Of a stretch of 64,000 bases of DNA, positions 12,316 to 24,684 are shown piece by piece. The stretch covers positions 62,001-126,000 of the forward strand of contig JASTWF010000033.1 of the NCBI GenBank assembly GCA_030390025.1. Direction: 5' to 3'. The notes below the pieces were generated by a model. It was not told the DNA's origin, made no database searches, and worked only from the letters and a program-made list of their open reading frames with translations. The position numbers and the translations under genes were made by a program. The number at the start of each line of letters is the position of its first letter. Positions within the stretch are counted from its first letter, which is position 1. This DNA is from Squalus acanthias (Eukaryota).

Positions 12316-13138
12316 GGTTCCTCAATCTGCTTTTTTGTTCCCTGGCGTTTTCGATTCTATGATCCAGAATCACATAGAAGTTCGGGGCAAACTCCTCATG
12401 AGTCATGATTCTCCCTCACAGGTTTCCTCTTTAAAAAGATGCAGTACCTGTAGGGAAAAAATGGAAAGAGTTGTTAAAGTCATATTAATAAAGTGAGTGG
12501 GTAGAAATTCAGGTAAGGCGGTGGTGCGACATGGGCGGTATCGGATCGGCCGCCCGGCATACCCGCCTGATCAATGTCACCGTCCCAGACCAATTTATAG
12601 CAATGTAATTTTTTTTAAAAATTCATCCATTACAATTTTGAATAGCATATAAATGTTAACATTTAAAACATTCATATGTTCTGGCATAATTATTTTAAAA
12701 ATTAGTGAAAGTGAAAAAATCATTTTTTAAAAGTCATTTGCAAGTTAAAAAATAAATCTAATTGAATAGAATGCTTTCCTTGTCCACAGCAAAAGTTCCT
12801 CTGTAAAATACCTACACTCCTCAAGACACCCCAATGCCTCTCTTTTGAGATCCAAAAGCACTAAAATATTTAAAATTAATAATAAAAGTTGTTGAAAACT
12901 TAAATCAGGCTTTGTCCTAAACACTTTGCTAAATTTCACAGCTAAAACAGTTCCGTTTCCGGTTCACCCACTGACTTCCAGGACTTCTTCCTACTGTTTC
13001 TTTATCCACAATGCAGGCTGTACGCCTGTTTTTTCTACTGTAGCATTTTCGTGCAGGACTGCTGGGCTTTAGTTGGGCAAATAGACCAATCCTAAGCTAG
13101 CAGTGTTTCATTCCCCGGGGATGCGGTCAAGAAGATTT

Positions 13139-13990
13139 GAACATAAGAAATATGAGCAGGATTAGGCCATACGACCCCGAGAGCCTGCTCCGCCAGTCAA
13201 TAAGATGATGGCTGATCATCGACCTTAACTACACTTTCCTGCCCGATCTCCATATCCCTCGATTCCCCAACGTCCAAAAATCTAACGATCTCAGCCTTGA
13301 ATATACTCAAAGACTCAGCATGCACAGCTCTCTGGGGCAGAGAATTCCAAAGATGTACAACCCTCTGAGTAAATAAATTCCTTCTCACCCCAGTCTTAAA
13401 TGGCCTACCACTTATCCTGAGACTATGCCCCCTTGTTATCTACACTCCAGCCAGGGGAAACAACCTCTCAGCATCTACCCTGTCAATCCTCTTCAGAATC
13501 TTGCATGTTTCAATGAGATCACCTCTCATTCTTCTAAACTCCAGAGAGTGTAGGCTAAGGAAGGATATACTTGCCTTGGAGGTGGTGCAACGAAGGTTCA
13601 CTAGATTGATTCCTGGGATGAGAGGGCTGTCCTATGATGAGAGATTGTGTAGGACAGCCCTCTCATCCCAGGAATCAATCTAGTGAACCTTCGTTGCACC
13701 ACCTCCAAGGCAAGTATATCCTTCCTTAGTTAACGAGACCAAAACTGTACACAGTACTCCAGGTGTGGTCTCACCAAGGCCCTGTACGATGGTAGCAAGA
13801 CTTCCTTAATCTTATACTCCAACCCCCTTGCATTAAAGGCCAACATGCCATTGCCTTCCTTATTGCTTACTGTACCTGCATGCCAGCTTTCTGTATTTCT
13901 TGCAGGAGGACACCCAAATCTAACCGAACACCAACATTTGAAAGTTTCTCACCATTTCAAAAATATTCTGTTTTTCTGTTCTTCCTACAA
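13139..13990 (-). mobile_element. CR1 LINE 3' fragment containing an internal inverted duplication
   Basis: MRRNLFTQRVVHLWNSLP motif; tail at ~13140; 80-bp perfect inverted repeat inside. Confidence 0.9.
13555..13729. repeat. Perfect 80-bp inverted repeat with a 15-nt spacer
   Basis: 13555-13634 is the exact reverse complement of 13650-13729. Confidence 0.95.
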
Positions 13991-14059
13991 AGTCTATTCT
14001 TCCTACCCTATTCTTGACAGATCGCAAGTTCCGGCTTTCCGTGCATGTGCAGAAAATCC

Positions 14060-15300
14060 GTGCCATGTTTTTAACCAAAGGCATTAAGGGATATGGGGCG
14101 AAGACGGGTAAATGTTAGTTCACAGATCAGCCATGATCCCATTGAATGCCGAAACATGCTCAAGGGGCTAAATGGCCTATTATTCCTCTGTTCCTATACA
14201 TTATTTTTCCCATCTAATGAAGTGGCGTCACGTTGTTCTGTCGGCAGACGTTAAGCCCCTATTGGCGCACTAAGCTCAAAGAAGACTTGCAGTAGACAGG
14301 GTGTAGAGGAGACTTTCTAGTATGTTGCCAGGAGTGGAAAATCTTAGCTATGAGGAAAGATTGGATAGGCTGGGGTTATTTTCTTTCGAACAGAGGAGGC
14401 TGATCAGAGACTATATTGAAGGATATAAAATTATGATGGGCCTAGATAGAGTTGATTGGAAGGTCCTAGTTCAATTCGGAGAGAGGTCACTAACCAGGCA
14501 TCATAGATTAAAGTAATTAGTAGAAGGATTAGAGGGGAGTTGAGGAGACCTTTCTTCACCCAGAGGGTGATGGGTCACTGGAACTCACTGCCTCAAAGGC
14601 TGGTAGAGGCGGAAACACTCATCATATTTGAAAAGTACTTGGATATTCACTTGAAGTGTGGTAACCTACAAGGGTATGGACCAAGAGCTGGAAAGTGGGA
14701 TTAGGCTGGTAAGCTCTTTTTTGGCCTGCATAGACACGATGAGCCGTAAATTCTTTGATTCTGAGATGGACTGAACGAAAATGTAATCTGTATTTGCAAA
14801 TATTAGTTGAGAGAGAATCCCATGGATTAAAGAGACATTGGTGCTGGATACGAAATTGGTCAGGGACAGAAAACAGAGAGCAGTAGTGAGTAGTTGTTTT
14901 TCAGACTGGAGGGCAATGTGCAGCAATGTCCCCCAGCGGCCGGTTTGGGGCCATTGCTCTTCTTCATATGTAATTATTGCCCTGGATTTGGGTATACAGA
15001 GCAAATTTCAAAGAGGCACGAAACTAGGAAATGTAATAAACAACGAGGAGGATACTGACAGAATTCAGGAGGACATAGATAGAGTGTTAAAATGGGGAGA
15101 TACATGGCCGATGAAATTTAAGGCAGAGAAGTGTGAAGTGATTAATTTTGGTAGGAAGAGCGAGGAGAGGCAATATAAACGAAATGGTACAATTTTAAAG
15201 GGTGCAGGAACCTATACCTACAAAAGTCTTTAAAGATGACAGGACAAGTTGAGAAGAATGCTAAAAAGACATACGGCATCCTTGGCTTTATAAATAGCGG
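14060..15300 (+). mobile_element. Cluster of degenerate CR1 fragments (3' tails and RT pieces)
   Basis: LSYEERLDRLGLFS and WPMKFKAEKCEVINFG motifs. Confidence 0.85.
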
Positions 15301-16006
15301 CATGACCCAGAAATGTGTCTCGGGCGGTGGCGCGAAACGGGCGATATCGGGTCGGCCTACCGTTACACGCAGCGCCTGATACTCAGTTCCAGTCAGTTCA
15401 CTGCATTAAAATGACTGGAGCCGGCAGGGTGTGTTTGTGCTTTGCTGCGGTTAACGCAGATCAGTTAGAAGGACTGCACTGTGCCTCCAAATATAAACAA
15501 CAAGCTTCTGAGCAAGTGTTGTCTTGTCCCGCCAGGTGGGTGCGGGGGAACTGCTGGCACTCGCCAGGTAGAGGCGGAGACGGCGCCAGGGAGCGCGCTG
15601 TTCTGACCTGAATCACTGTTAATCGATTTAACAACAAGATTATTATTAGAACACGCGGAGGCGGGGCTGCAATGGTTGGCGTGGATGGCAATGACTGGAG
15701 ACAGCATGTTAGCTTCTGGGCAGGTCAAAAAACATCAATTACAATATCTTGTTAATTCAAATCTATAGAAAAATAATCTGTTCTACCGAACTTCTGACCG
15801 ACTCCGGAATAAAATCACAGGTCAGTTTCTGGGCTCCTCATATATAGCTCAGACTGGACGCAGGGCGGAACAGTGTGTGCGTTTATGCTAAGCAAGATTT
15901 TATAAAATTTACCCTCGATTCTGTCGCAACGATAATCTGATCTTTACTCTCCTGGAAATCTGTGAATTTAAATTAGATCAAAAGTTATAACTAACTTTGT
16001 TCACAG

Positions 16007-16303
16007 TGGACGTAGCAGAGAATTGCCAAGTTGCTTCGATTTGATTTGACCAGAAAGGCCGTTCCCTGTTGTGAAGCAAATGAGGAATGTTTGAGTTGAA
16101 ATCCACCCTGAGGGCAGGCAGCAGATTTCACACAGAGGGCTGAGCTCTCAGTCTCACAGAACAAGGATCGGATCAAATTCACAACGTCTAACTGGCTGAA
16201 ATCAAAACAGGAACTTCTTCTTGATGGTTAGTGGTGAAATAACAAGGATATAACTCGCAAAATCTACACCGAAATAGTGACAGAAACACCTTGCGGGATC
16301 AAG
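16007..16303 (+). other. Putative non-coding exon, copy 3, upstream of the NLR gene; donor mutated (GT to GA)
   Basis: CTAACTTTGTTCACAG acceptor. AAG|GAAAGGTT where the paralogs have GTAAGGTT. Confidence 0.4.
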
Positions 16304-16842
16304 GAAAGGTTAATGTAGCTTCTAAGATTGATTTTCTCACCTTCCTCTTTCTTTTTAAAGCTTTTTTCCGCGGTCAGATATGCTCCCCGGTGCCGGGAGC
16401 TCTTTGTTCCTCAAAGATGTAACAATTCCCTGAGTGTTCACTCAGACCGTGAAGGCAGTCCATTCTACACCTGGGATTTCAGGGCTGGTCCCACCCAATG
16501 ATCTCCCCCAGTCTCACCACAGACACATTTAAAAGCGATTGCGGGACAGAAAGCAGGAACACTAACTCAGGGGATTTACCCCATGGTGTTCCAGCGGCGC
16601 CTCCTCCCTATTGTAGAATTCACAGTTTAGACAGACAGGGCTGGGAACCTGTGCCCTATAACTCCATCATATACTTTCATTTTAAATGGATATTTTCACT
16701 CACTGACCCGCGTGGTGCTAAGTACAGTTTTAGTTCACTGATCAAAGGCGAGACCAGCAATTCAGACTAAACACATAGTTCAGCTCAGTAAAGGGTTAAA
16801 CCATTCGCACTGGCCGATTATCGCTCTGTGTCGAGCAGCTGG

Positions 16843-18257
16843 AACATAAGAACATAAGAAATAGGAGCAGGAGTAGGCCATTTGGCCCTTCGAGCCTGGT
16901 CCACCAATCAATAAGATCATGGCTTACCATCTACCTCATCTCCACTTTGCTGCACTATCCCCATATCCCTTGATCCACTTAATATTCAAAAATCTATCGA
17001 TCTCTGTCATAAATATACTCAACGACTGAGCCTCCACAGCCCTCTGGGATAGAGAATTCCAAAGCTTCACCACCCTCTGAGTGAAGAAATGTCTCCTCAT
17101 CTCAGTCGTAAATGGCCGACCACTTATTCTGAGACTGTGACCCCTGGTTCTAGACTCCCCAGCCAGGGGAAACATCCTCCCTGTATCTACCCTGTAAAGT
17201 CCAGGAAGAATGTTGTATGTTTCAATGAGATCATCTCTCATTCTTATAAACTTTAGAGAATATAGACCTAGTCTACTCAATCGCTCCTCATAGGGTGATC
17301 CCCCCATCCCAAGAACCAGTCTAGTGAACCTTCGTTGCACTCCCTCTATGGCAAGTATATCCTTCCTTAGGTAAGGAGACCTAAACATGTACACAATACT
17401 CCAGGTGTGGTCTCATCAGGGCCCTATATAATAACATTAAGACGTCTTTACTCTTATACTCAAATCCTCTTGGCCAAAATACCATTTGCTGTCCTAATTG
17501 CTTGCTGTACATGCATGTTAACTTTCACTGATTCTTGTACAAGGACACCCAGGTCCCTCTGAATACCAACATATCACAATCTCTTCCATTTAAAAAATAT
17601 TCTGCTTTTCTATTTTTCGTACCAAAGTGAATAACTTCAAATTTCTCCACGTTAAATGCCATTTGCCATCTTCTTGCCCACTCACTTAGCCTGTCTATAT
17701 CCCCGCGAAGCCTCCTTGCATCATCCTCACAACTTACATTCCCACCCAGCTTTGTATCATCAGCAAATTTGGATATATTACATTTGGTCCTGCCATTCAA
17801 ATCATTGATGTAGATTGTGAATTGCTGAGGCCCAAGCACTGATCCTTACGGTGCCCCACTAGTTACAGCCTGCCTACCCTAAAATATCCCGTTTATTCCT
17901 ACTCTCTGTTTTCTGTCCGTTAACCAATCCTCAAACGATGCTACTGTATTATCCCCAATCACAGGAGCCTTAATTTTGTTTAATAACCTCTTCCGTGGCG
18001 CCTTATCGAATGCCTTCTCAAAATCCAAATACATCGCACCCACTGGTCCCCCCTTATCTATTCTGCAAGTTTAAACCTCAAAAAACGCTAACAGATTCAT
18101 CAAGCACGATTACCCTTTCGTAAATCCATGTTGACTCTGCCCAATCCTCTCATTTTTTTTCTAAGTCCCCTGGTACCACGTCCTTAATAATAGATTCTCG
18201 CATTTTCCCTACTACTGATGTCAGCCTTACTGCTCTGCAGCTCCCCGTTTTCTCTCT
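16843..18257 (-). mobile_element. CR1 LINE 3' portion (RT)
   Basis: [11 protein letters not shown] and FFTQRVVKLWNSL motifs; tail at 16843. It interrupts sequence that is contiguous in the paralog near 2450. Confidence 0.95.
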
Positions 18258-18604
18258 GGTTATCTGAGGCCGGAGTGAACGCGATCGAGTTCAGAATTGC
18301 AGAAATTTCGGAGATAAAACATGATCCCGATTAATAATAATAATTATTTGCCATTTAACGCGACAATGTAAGTTTCAGTCACTTACGAACGGATGTGAAT
18401 TAGGTGGGAGAATGCGACAGGAACTTGTGTTTCGGCTGAAATAAGTTCACGTAAATGAGGCAGTTATTGTCAAACTGACTGAAAAACAGGCCGCTCCCTT
18501 TCGAGAGAGAAAAAAAACTTCAGGAATGTTTAAGATGGAAACCGATCGAAACTGGGCACAATCCACCATTCACACAGATAGGAGGATCCTGAACGTCAAT
18601 CTTA

Positions 18605-20485
18605 ATAGAGTCATAGAGTCATAGAGGTATATAGCACAGAAAAAGGCCCTTCGGCCCATCGCGTCCGCGCCGGCCATCAAGCCCTGTCTATTCTAATCCC
18701 ATTTTCCAGCACTTGGTCCGTAGCCTTGTATGCTATGGCGTTTCAAATGCTCATCTAAATGCTTCTTGAATGTTGTGAGGGTTCCTGCCTCTACCACCCT
18801 TTCAGGCAGTGAGTTCCAGATTCCAACCACCCTCTGGGTGAAAAAGTTTTTCCTCAAATCCCCTGTAAACCTCCTGCTTCTTATCTAGAATCTATGCACG
18901 CCGGGTTATTGACCCCTCTACGAAGGGGAAAAGTTGCTTTCTATCTACCCTATCTATGCCCCTCATAATTTTGTACACCTCAATCAGGTTCCCACTCAGC
19001 CTTCTCTGCTCCAAGGAAAACAACCCCAGCCTGTCCAGTCTCTCTTCATAGCTGAAGCGCTGCAGCCCAGATAACATCCTCATGAATCTCTTCTGCACCC
19101 TCTCCAATGCAATCACATCCTTCCTATAGTGTGGCGACCAGAACTGCACAATGTATTCCAGCTGTGGCCTAACTAGCGTTTTGTACAGCTCCATCATGAC
19201 CTCCCTGCCTTATATTCGATGCCTCGGCTAATGAAGGCAAGTATCCCATATGCCTTTTTAACCACCTTATCTACATGTCTTGCTGCCTTCAGGGATCTAT
19301 GTACATGCACACCAAAGTCCCTCTGATCCTCTGTCCTTCTTCGGGTCCTACCATTCATTGTGTATTCCCCTGCCTTGTTAGTCCCCCCAAAGTGCATCAC
19401 CTTACTGTTTTCCGGGTTAAATTCCATTTGCCACTGTTCTACCCATCTAACCAACCCATCTATATCGTCCTGTAAACTGAGGCTTCCCTGCTCGCTATTT
19501 ACCACACCACCAATTTTCGTGTCATCTGCGAACTTACTGATCATACCTCCTACATTCATATCTAAATCATTAATGTACACTACAAACAGCAAAGGACCCA
19601 GCACCGATCCCTGCGTTACACCACTGGACACAAGCTTCCAGTCACAAAAACAACCTTCGACCGTCACCCTCTGCCTCCTGCCACTAAGCTAATTCTGGAT
19701 CCAATGTGCCAAATTGCCCTTGATCACATGGGCTCTTACCGTCTTGACCAGTCTCCCATGCGGGACTTTGTAAAAAGCCTTAGTGAAGTCCATGTAGACT
19801 ACATCAACTGCACTACCCTCAGCCACACACCTCGTTACCCCCTCGAAAAATTCAATCAAATTGGTTAGACATGATCTCCCCCTGACAGAGCCATGCTGAC
19901 TATCCTTGATTAATCCTTGCCTCTCCAAGTGGAGACTAATTCTGTCCCTCAGAATTTTTTCCATTAATTTCCCTATCATTGATGTTAGGCTCACTTAACT
20001 GTAATTCCCTGGTTTATTCCTACTACCCTTCCTGAATAATGGTACTACGTTAGATGTCCTCCAGTCCTCTGGCACCTCCCCTGTGGCCAGAGAGGTTCTG
20101 AAAATTTGTGTCAGAGCCCCTGCAATCTCCTCCCTTGCCTCACACTGCAGCCTGGGATACATCTCGTCTGGCCCTGGGGATGTATCCACTTTTAAGCCCG
20201 CTAAGTCCGCTAGTACCTCCTCCATCTCAATACTAATTTGTTCAAGTATATCACAAATCCCCCGCCTGATTTCTATGCCTACATCGTTCTTCTCAATAGT
20301 GAACACAGATGCAAAATATTCATTTAAAACCTCACCTACATCTTCCGGCTCTACACACAGATTGCCACTTTGGTCCCTAATGGGCCCTACTCTTTCCCTG
20401 GTTATCCTCTTGGCATTAATATACGTATAAAACACCTTGGGATTTTCTATTATTTTGTCCGCCAGTGTTTTTCATGCCTCCGCTT
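18605..20485 (-). mobile_element. CR1 LINE ORF2 3' half
   Basis: Frameshifted ORFs 18892-20435 with RT motifs (QGSVLGPLLF, KFADDTK). Confidence 0.95.
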
Positions 20486-20549
20486 CCATCTTATGATTAA
20501 CAACTGATTTTGCCAATAGGTAGGAATTTCCCATCACTAATCGTTACAT

Positions 20550-21032
20550 AAGCCATGATCATCCTTATGTTTAAATGAATTCACTGCCTCGTCCCTCCCT
20601 CTCTCTCAAACCTCCTCCCGTCCCACAAGCCCCCACTCCTGAGCACGCTCCATGCCACCATCTTTGACCTCTTGAGCATTTCACCCTTTCCTCACCCCGT
20701 CTTTGGCGGCCGTGCCTTCAGCTGTCCCTGCCCTCTGCTCTGTAATTCCCCACCTGATCCCACTCACCACCCTCTTCTCACGCAGTCTATGCCGGCCGTG
20801 CCTTCAGCTGTCTCTGCTCTCCGCTCTGCCATTCCCCACCTGAACCCCCTCACCACCCTTTCCTCCTTTAGAACAATCCTTAATACCCACTGCCTTGACC
20901 AACCTATTGTTCTCAACTCCTTCAAACTTATTTTGTTCAGCGCCCATCTTCTGGCAGATTAAGTTTCCACGAAGCGCCTGGGGATGTTGTTCGATGTTAA
21001 AGGCGCTGTGTAAATGGAAGTTCTTGCTGTTG
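20550..21032 (+). mobile_element. L2-like LINE 3' end, degenerate
   Basis: Homologous to the 58720-59120 3' region; ends TAAAGGCGCTGTGTAAATGGAAGTTCTTGCTGTTG. Confidence 0.7.
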
Positions 21033-22072
21033 TGTGTTTATTATACAAGGGTCCGTGTGAGTGGAACAGCAGATTACGGAATTTTACAAGTCCGTGAATT
21101 AGTCGCTTTTACATTTCCTCAGTGGGGAAAGGAAAGGACGCTGACTGATGTGTGGACGCAGACACAGCGACACACGCGCACAAGTAGAGAATTTTCATTG
21201 TGAAACAGCAGTCAAATTTACCACTTTTCTATTTATTGCGTTTTATGAGATTGTAAGAAGCAAAGATATTCCAAACATAAATGCTGTGCGTCATATAATT
21301 GTTTAAATTTACATGATTCATAACATTACACATTAGTGTTAATATTAGTGGAACAGCGGTAACTGTCCTCACCTCCTACAGTGCTCATTAGTCAGGTGCT
21401 GACACCATGAGAGATATGGTCAACATATTCAAATAGAAGCACCAACCAGGACACAGCTCCATGAACACACAGACAATGTCGCTGATAGAGAGCAGAGGAA
21501 TTAAACACAGCTATATATTGTGTGTATGTGTCTGGAGAGATGTCATATTAATAAATGATCAGAATTTCATATCAAATCTCAACAAACCAAAAATATTCAA
21601 CAGAAATCTGTGAAATATTAATACAACACCACCAGACTGCGTAAAACCGAGTGAAAAATAATTTAATTCATTAATGATCAACCGCTCCATATTTTCCTGC
21701 AGAATATTCTCTACCTCAGGAATAAGGCTGTTTTTTTCCTACACTGTGTGAGTAAATCTTACCGATGGGCGCTCCCAGTGCGGAGTCTCGGCTGACGGGA
21801 GCCCGTCTGGAACTCGGTTGTGGAGATCGGTGGGACTCACTGTATTTCACTGGGCAGCTGTCTGTGTCACACCTGATGTGGAGAGTTGATCGTAACACTA
21901 GGGAAATGCTCGATTCCGGAGCTAACAGCTGGTGTATTGATGGGGGAGGAGGGACTTGATATCATGTTTAACAAGGCAACGTCTCCTTCTCATTTTAATA
22001 TTTCCGCCTAACCCTCCTATTAATATTATATTTCTTACAGAGCATCAGAATCTGGGAACGCCGATCACCACC

Positions 22073-22123
22073 ATGGCTGAAGGTCCAAATAGGGATTATC
22101 AACAAGAAAGCGAATGGACCAAG
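22073..22123 (+). pseudogene. NLR-like gene coding exon 1
   Basis: TTTCTTACAG acceptor ending 22040, strong Kozak CACCATGG at 22073, donor GTAGGT at 22124. The frame from 22073 is out of phase with exon 2; the ATG at 22114 is in phase. Confidence 0.7.
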
Positions 22124-22409
22124 GTAGGTTCAGAAAAATGTATACAATATAATTTATGTCCTGACAAAGGGCCCAGATGTTGTGCGGAGGGAAGACACAC
22201 AGGAAGAGGGAACAGGAAAGGTGCTGAGTAGAAAGAGGGAATCGAGTGACCGCAGTCAGGAGGATGGAGCCCCTGAGTACGTTAACTGTCTAATAGATAC
22301 CTGCGATTGGGGACTGTAAAGTGGATAGAGACAGTGACTCAGAGGATGGGCTTCCTGACCAACAGTGTGGCACCAGGGAGCAGGAGGCCATCCAGAGTAT
22401 GGTGGGGTG

Positions 22410-23415
22410 AGAGGCATAGGATTACATAAGGTTACATAGGATATATGGCACAAAACAGGTCAATCATCCGAACCAGTCCTTCCGGTGTTTATGCTCCACT
22501 CGAACCTCCTCCCGTCTTTCCTCATCTAAATCTATCAGCATAAACCTTTATTCCCTTCTCCCTCATATGCTTCTCTAGCCTCCCCTTAAATGCATCTATA
22601 CTATTCGCTTCAACCACTCCCTGTGGTAGCGAGTTCCACATTCTTACCACACTTTGGTAATAAATATTCTTCTGAATTCCCTATTGGATTTCTTGGTGAC
22701 TATCTTATATTGATGGCCTCTAGTTATGCTCTTCCCCACAAGTGGAAACATTCTCTCTGTATCCACTCTATCAAAACGTTTCGTAATTTTAAAGATCTCC
22801 ATTAGGCCACCCATCAGCCTTCTTTTATCAAGAGAAAAGAGATCCAGCCTGTTCATCCTTTGCTTATATGTACACCCTCGCATTTCGTGTATCATCCTTG
22901 TAAATCTCTCTGCACCCTCTCCATTGCTTCTATATCCTTTTTATAATATGGCGACCAGAACTGCACACGGCACTCTAATTGTGCTCTAACCAAGGTTCGA
23001 TACAGGTTCAGCATATCTTCCCTGCCTTTCCATTCCATTCGTCTAGAAATAAACCCTAGTGCTTGGTTTGCTTTTTTTATGGCCTTGCTAACCTGTGGTG
23101 CAACTTCTAGTGATTTGTGCATTTGTTCTCCGAGATCCCTTTATCTCTCCTCACAATCCCTATTCAGAGAGACATCAGAACAGCAACACAGCCTCTGGTC
23201 ACTGGCCATACTGCTCAGTATTGCCTATCCCCCCAATTTGGTATCATCCGCAAATTTAGAAATTGTGTTTTTCATACCCTCCAAATGATAAGTGACCTCC
23301 CTATTTTTCCTACCAAAATGTAATACCTCACCTTTATCTGTGTTGAACTTCATTTGCCAATTATATGCCCATTCTGTAAGTTTATTAATGTCCTCCTGTA
23401 ATTTGTTTTAGTGCT
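22410..23415 (-). mobile_element. CR1 LINE 3' fragment, internally rearranged
   Basis: LYRTLVRAQLECRVQFWSPYY motif; tail at ~22415. Confidence 0.9.
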
Positions 23416-23419
23416 CAGT

Positions 23420-24430
23420 CATATCAAAACAGGGATAACCATCTGGTCACAGTACCTACTCAGAGAGATCAGAACAGGGACACAGCATCTGGTCACTGAC
23501 CCTACTAATTGATATCAGAACATGGGCACAACATTTGGTCATGGTCCCTTCTGAGGGAGAGATCAGAACAGGGTCAAAGCCTTTGGTAACAGTCCCAACT
23601 CAGATAAAGAGATCAGAACAGGGACACAGCCTCCGGTCACAGGCCCTACTCAGAAACAGAGAAAGTTCAGAACAGGGACACATCCTCTGGTCACAGTCCG
23701 TACTCAGAGAAAGATCAGGACAGGGACACAGCCTTTGGTCACAGGTCCTACACAGAGACAAAGAGAGATCAGATCAGGGACACAGCCACTGGTCACAGGC
23801 CCTACTCAGAAACAGAGAGAGATCAGAACAGAGACACAACCTCTGGTCACAGGCCCTACTCAGAAACACGGAGAGATCAGAACAGGGACACAGCCTTTGG
23901 GTCAGAGGCCCTACTCAGAGACAGAGAGAGATTAGAACAGGGACACAGCCTCTGGTCACAGTCCCTAGGCAGAGAAAGATCAGAACAGGGTCACAACCTC
24001 TGGTCAAAATCCCGGTTCAGGAAGAGAAGAGAACAGGAACACAACTTTTGGTAACAGTCCCTTCTCAGAGAGAGATCAGAACAGGGACAAAGCCTCTGCC
24101 AACAGTTCCTACTCAGAAAAAGATCATAACAGTGCCACAACCTCTGGTCAAAGTCCCGATTCAGAGACAGAGAGAGATCCGAACAGGTTCACAGCCTCTG
24201 GTCACAGTCATTACACAGGAAACAGATCAGAACAGCGAAATAGCTTCTGGCCATAGACCCTCAGAGAGAGAAAGTTCAGAACAGGGTCACAGCCTCTGCT
24301 CGCACTCCCTATTCAGAGAGAGAGCCAGAGAGAGAGAGATCAGAACAGGGACACAACCTCTGGTAACAGTCCCTATTCAAAGAGAGACAGATCAGAACAG
24401 GGACACAACCTTTGCTCGCAGTCCCTATTC

Positions 24431-24461
<31 letters not shown>

Positions 24462-24682
24462 TCAGAACATGGACACAACCTTTGGAAACAGTCCCTATTC
24501 ACAGAGAGAGAGAGAGATCAGAACAATGACATAAACTCGGATCAAAGATCCAGATTGAGGAACAGATGTAAAAAAGTGCACAACCTCTGGTCATAGTCCC
24601 TACTCTGAGAGAGGTCAGAAATGGACACTGCCTCTGGTCAAAGACCGTACTCATGGAGAGATCAGAATATGGGCACATCCTC
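23420..24682 (+). repeat. ~42-48-bp satellite (GAGAGATCAGAACAGGGACACAGCCTCTGGTCACAGTCCCTACTCA)
   Basis: Tandem units with variable (GA)n length; explains ORF 23535-24596. Confidence 0.93.
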
Positions 24683-24684
24683 AA

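Noticed and set aside
15991..16770. Short ORFs shared among the duplicated modules (also 1314-1538, 3021-3254)
   Set aside because: Similarity reflects DNA duplication; starts, stops and frames are not conserved across the three copies.
23535..24596. 353-aa ORF
   Set aside because: Lies wholly within the ~45-bp satellite; the frame drifts with GA-repeat length.
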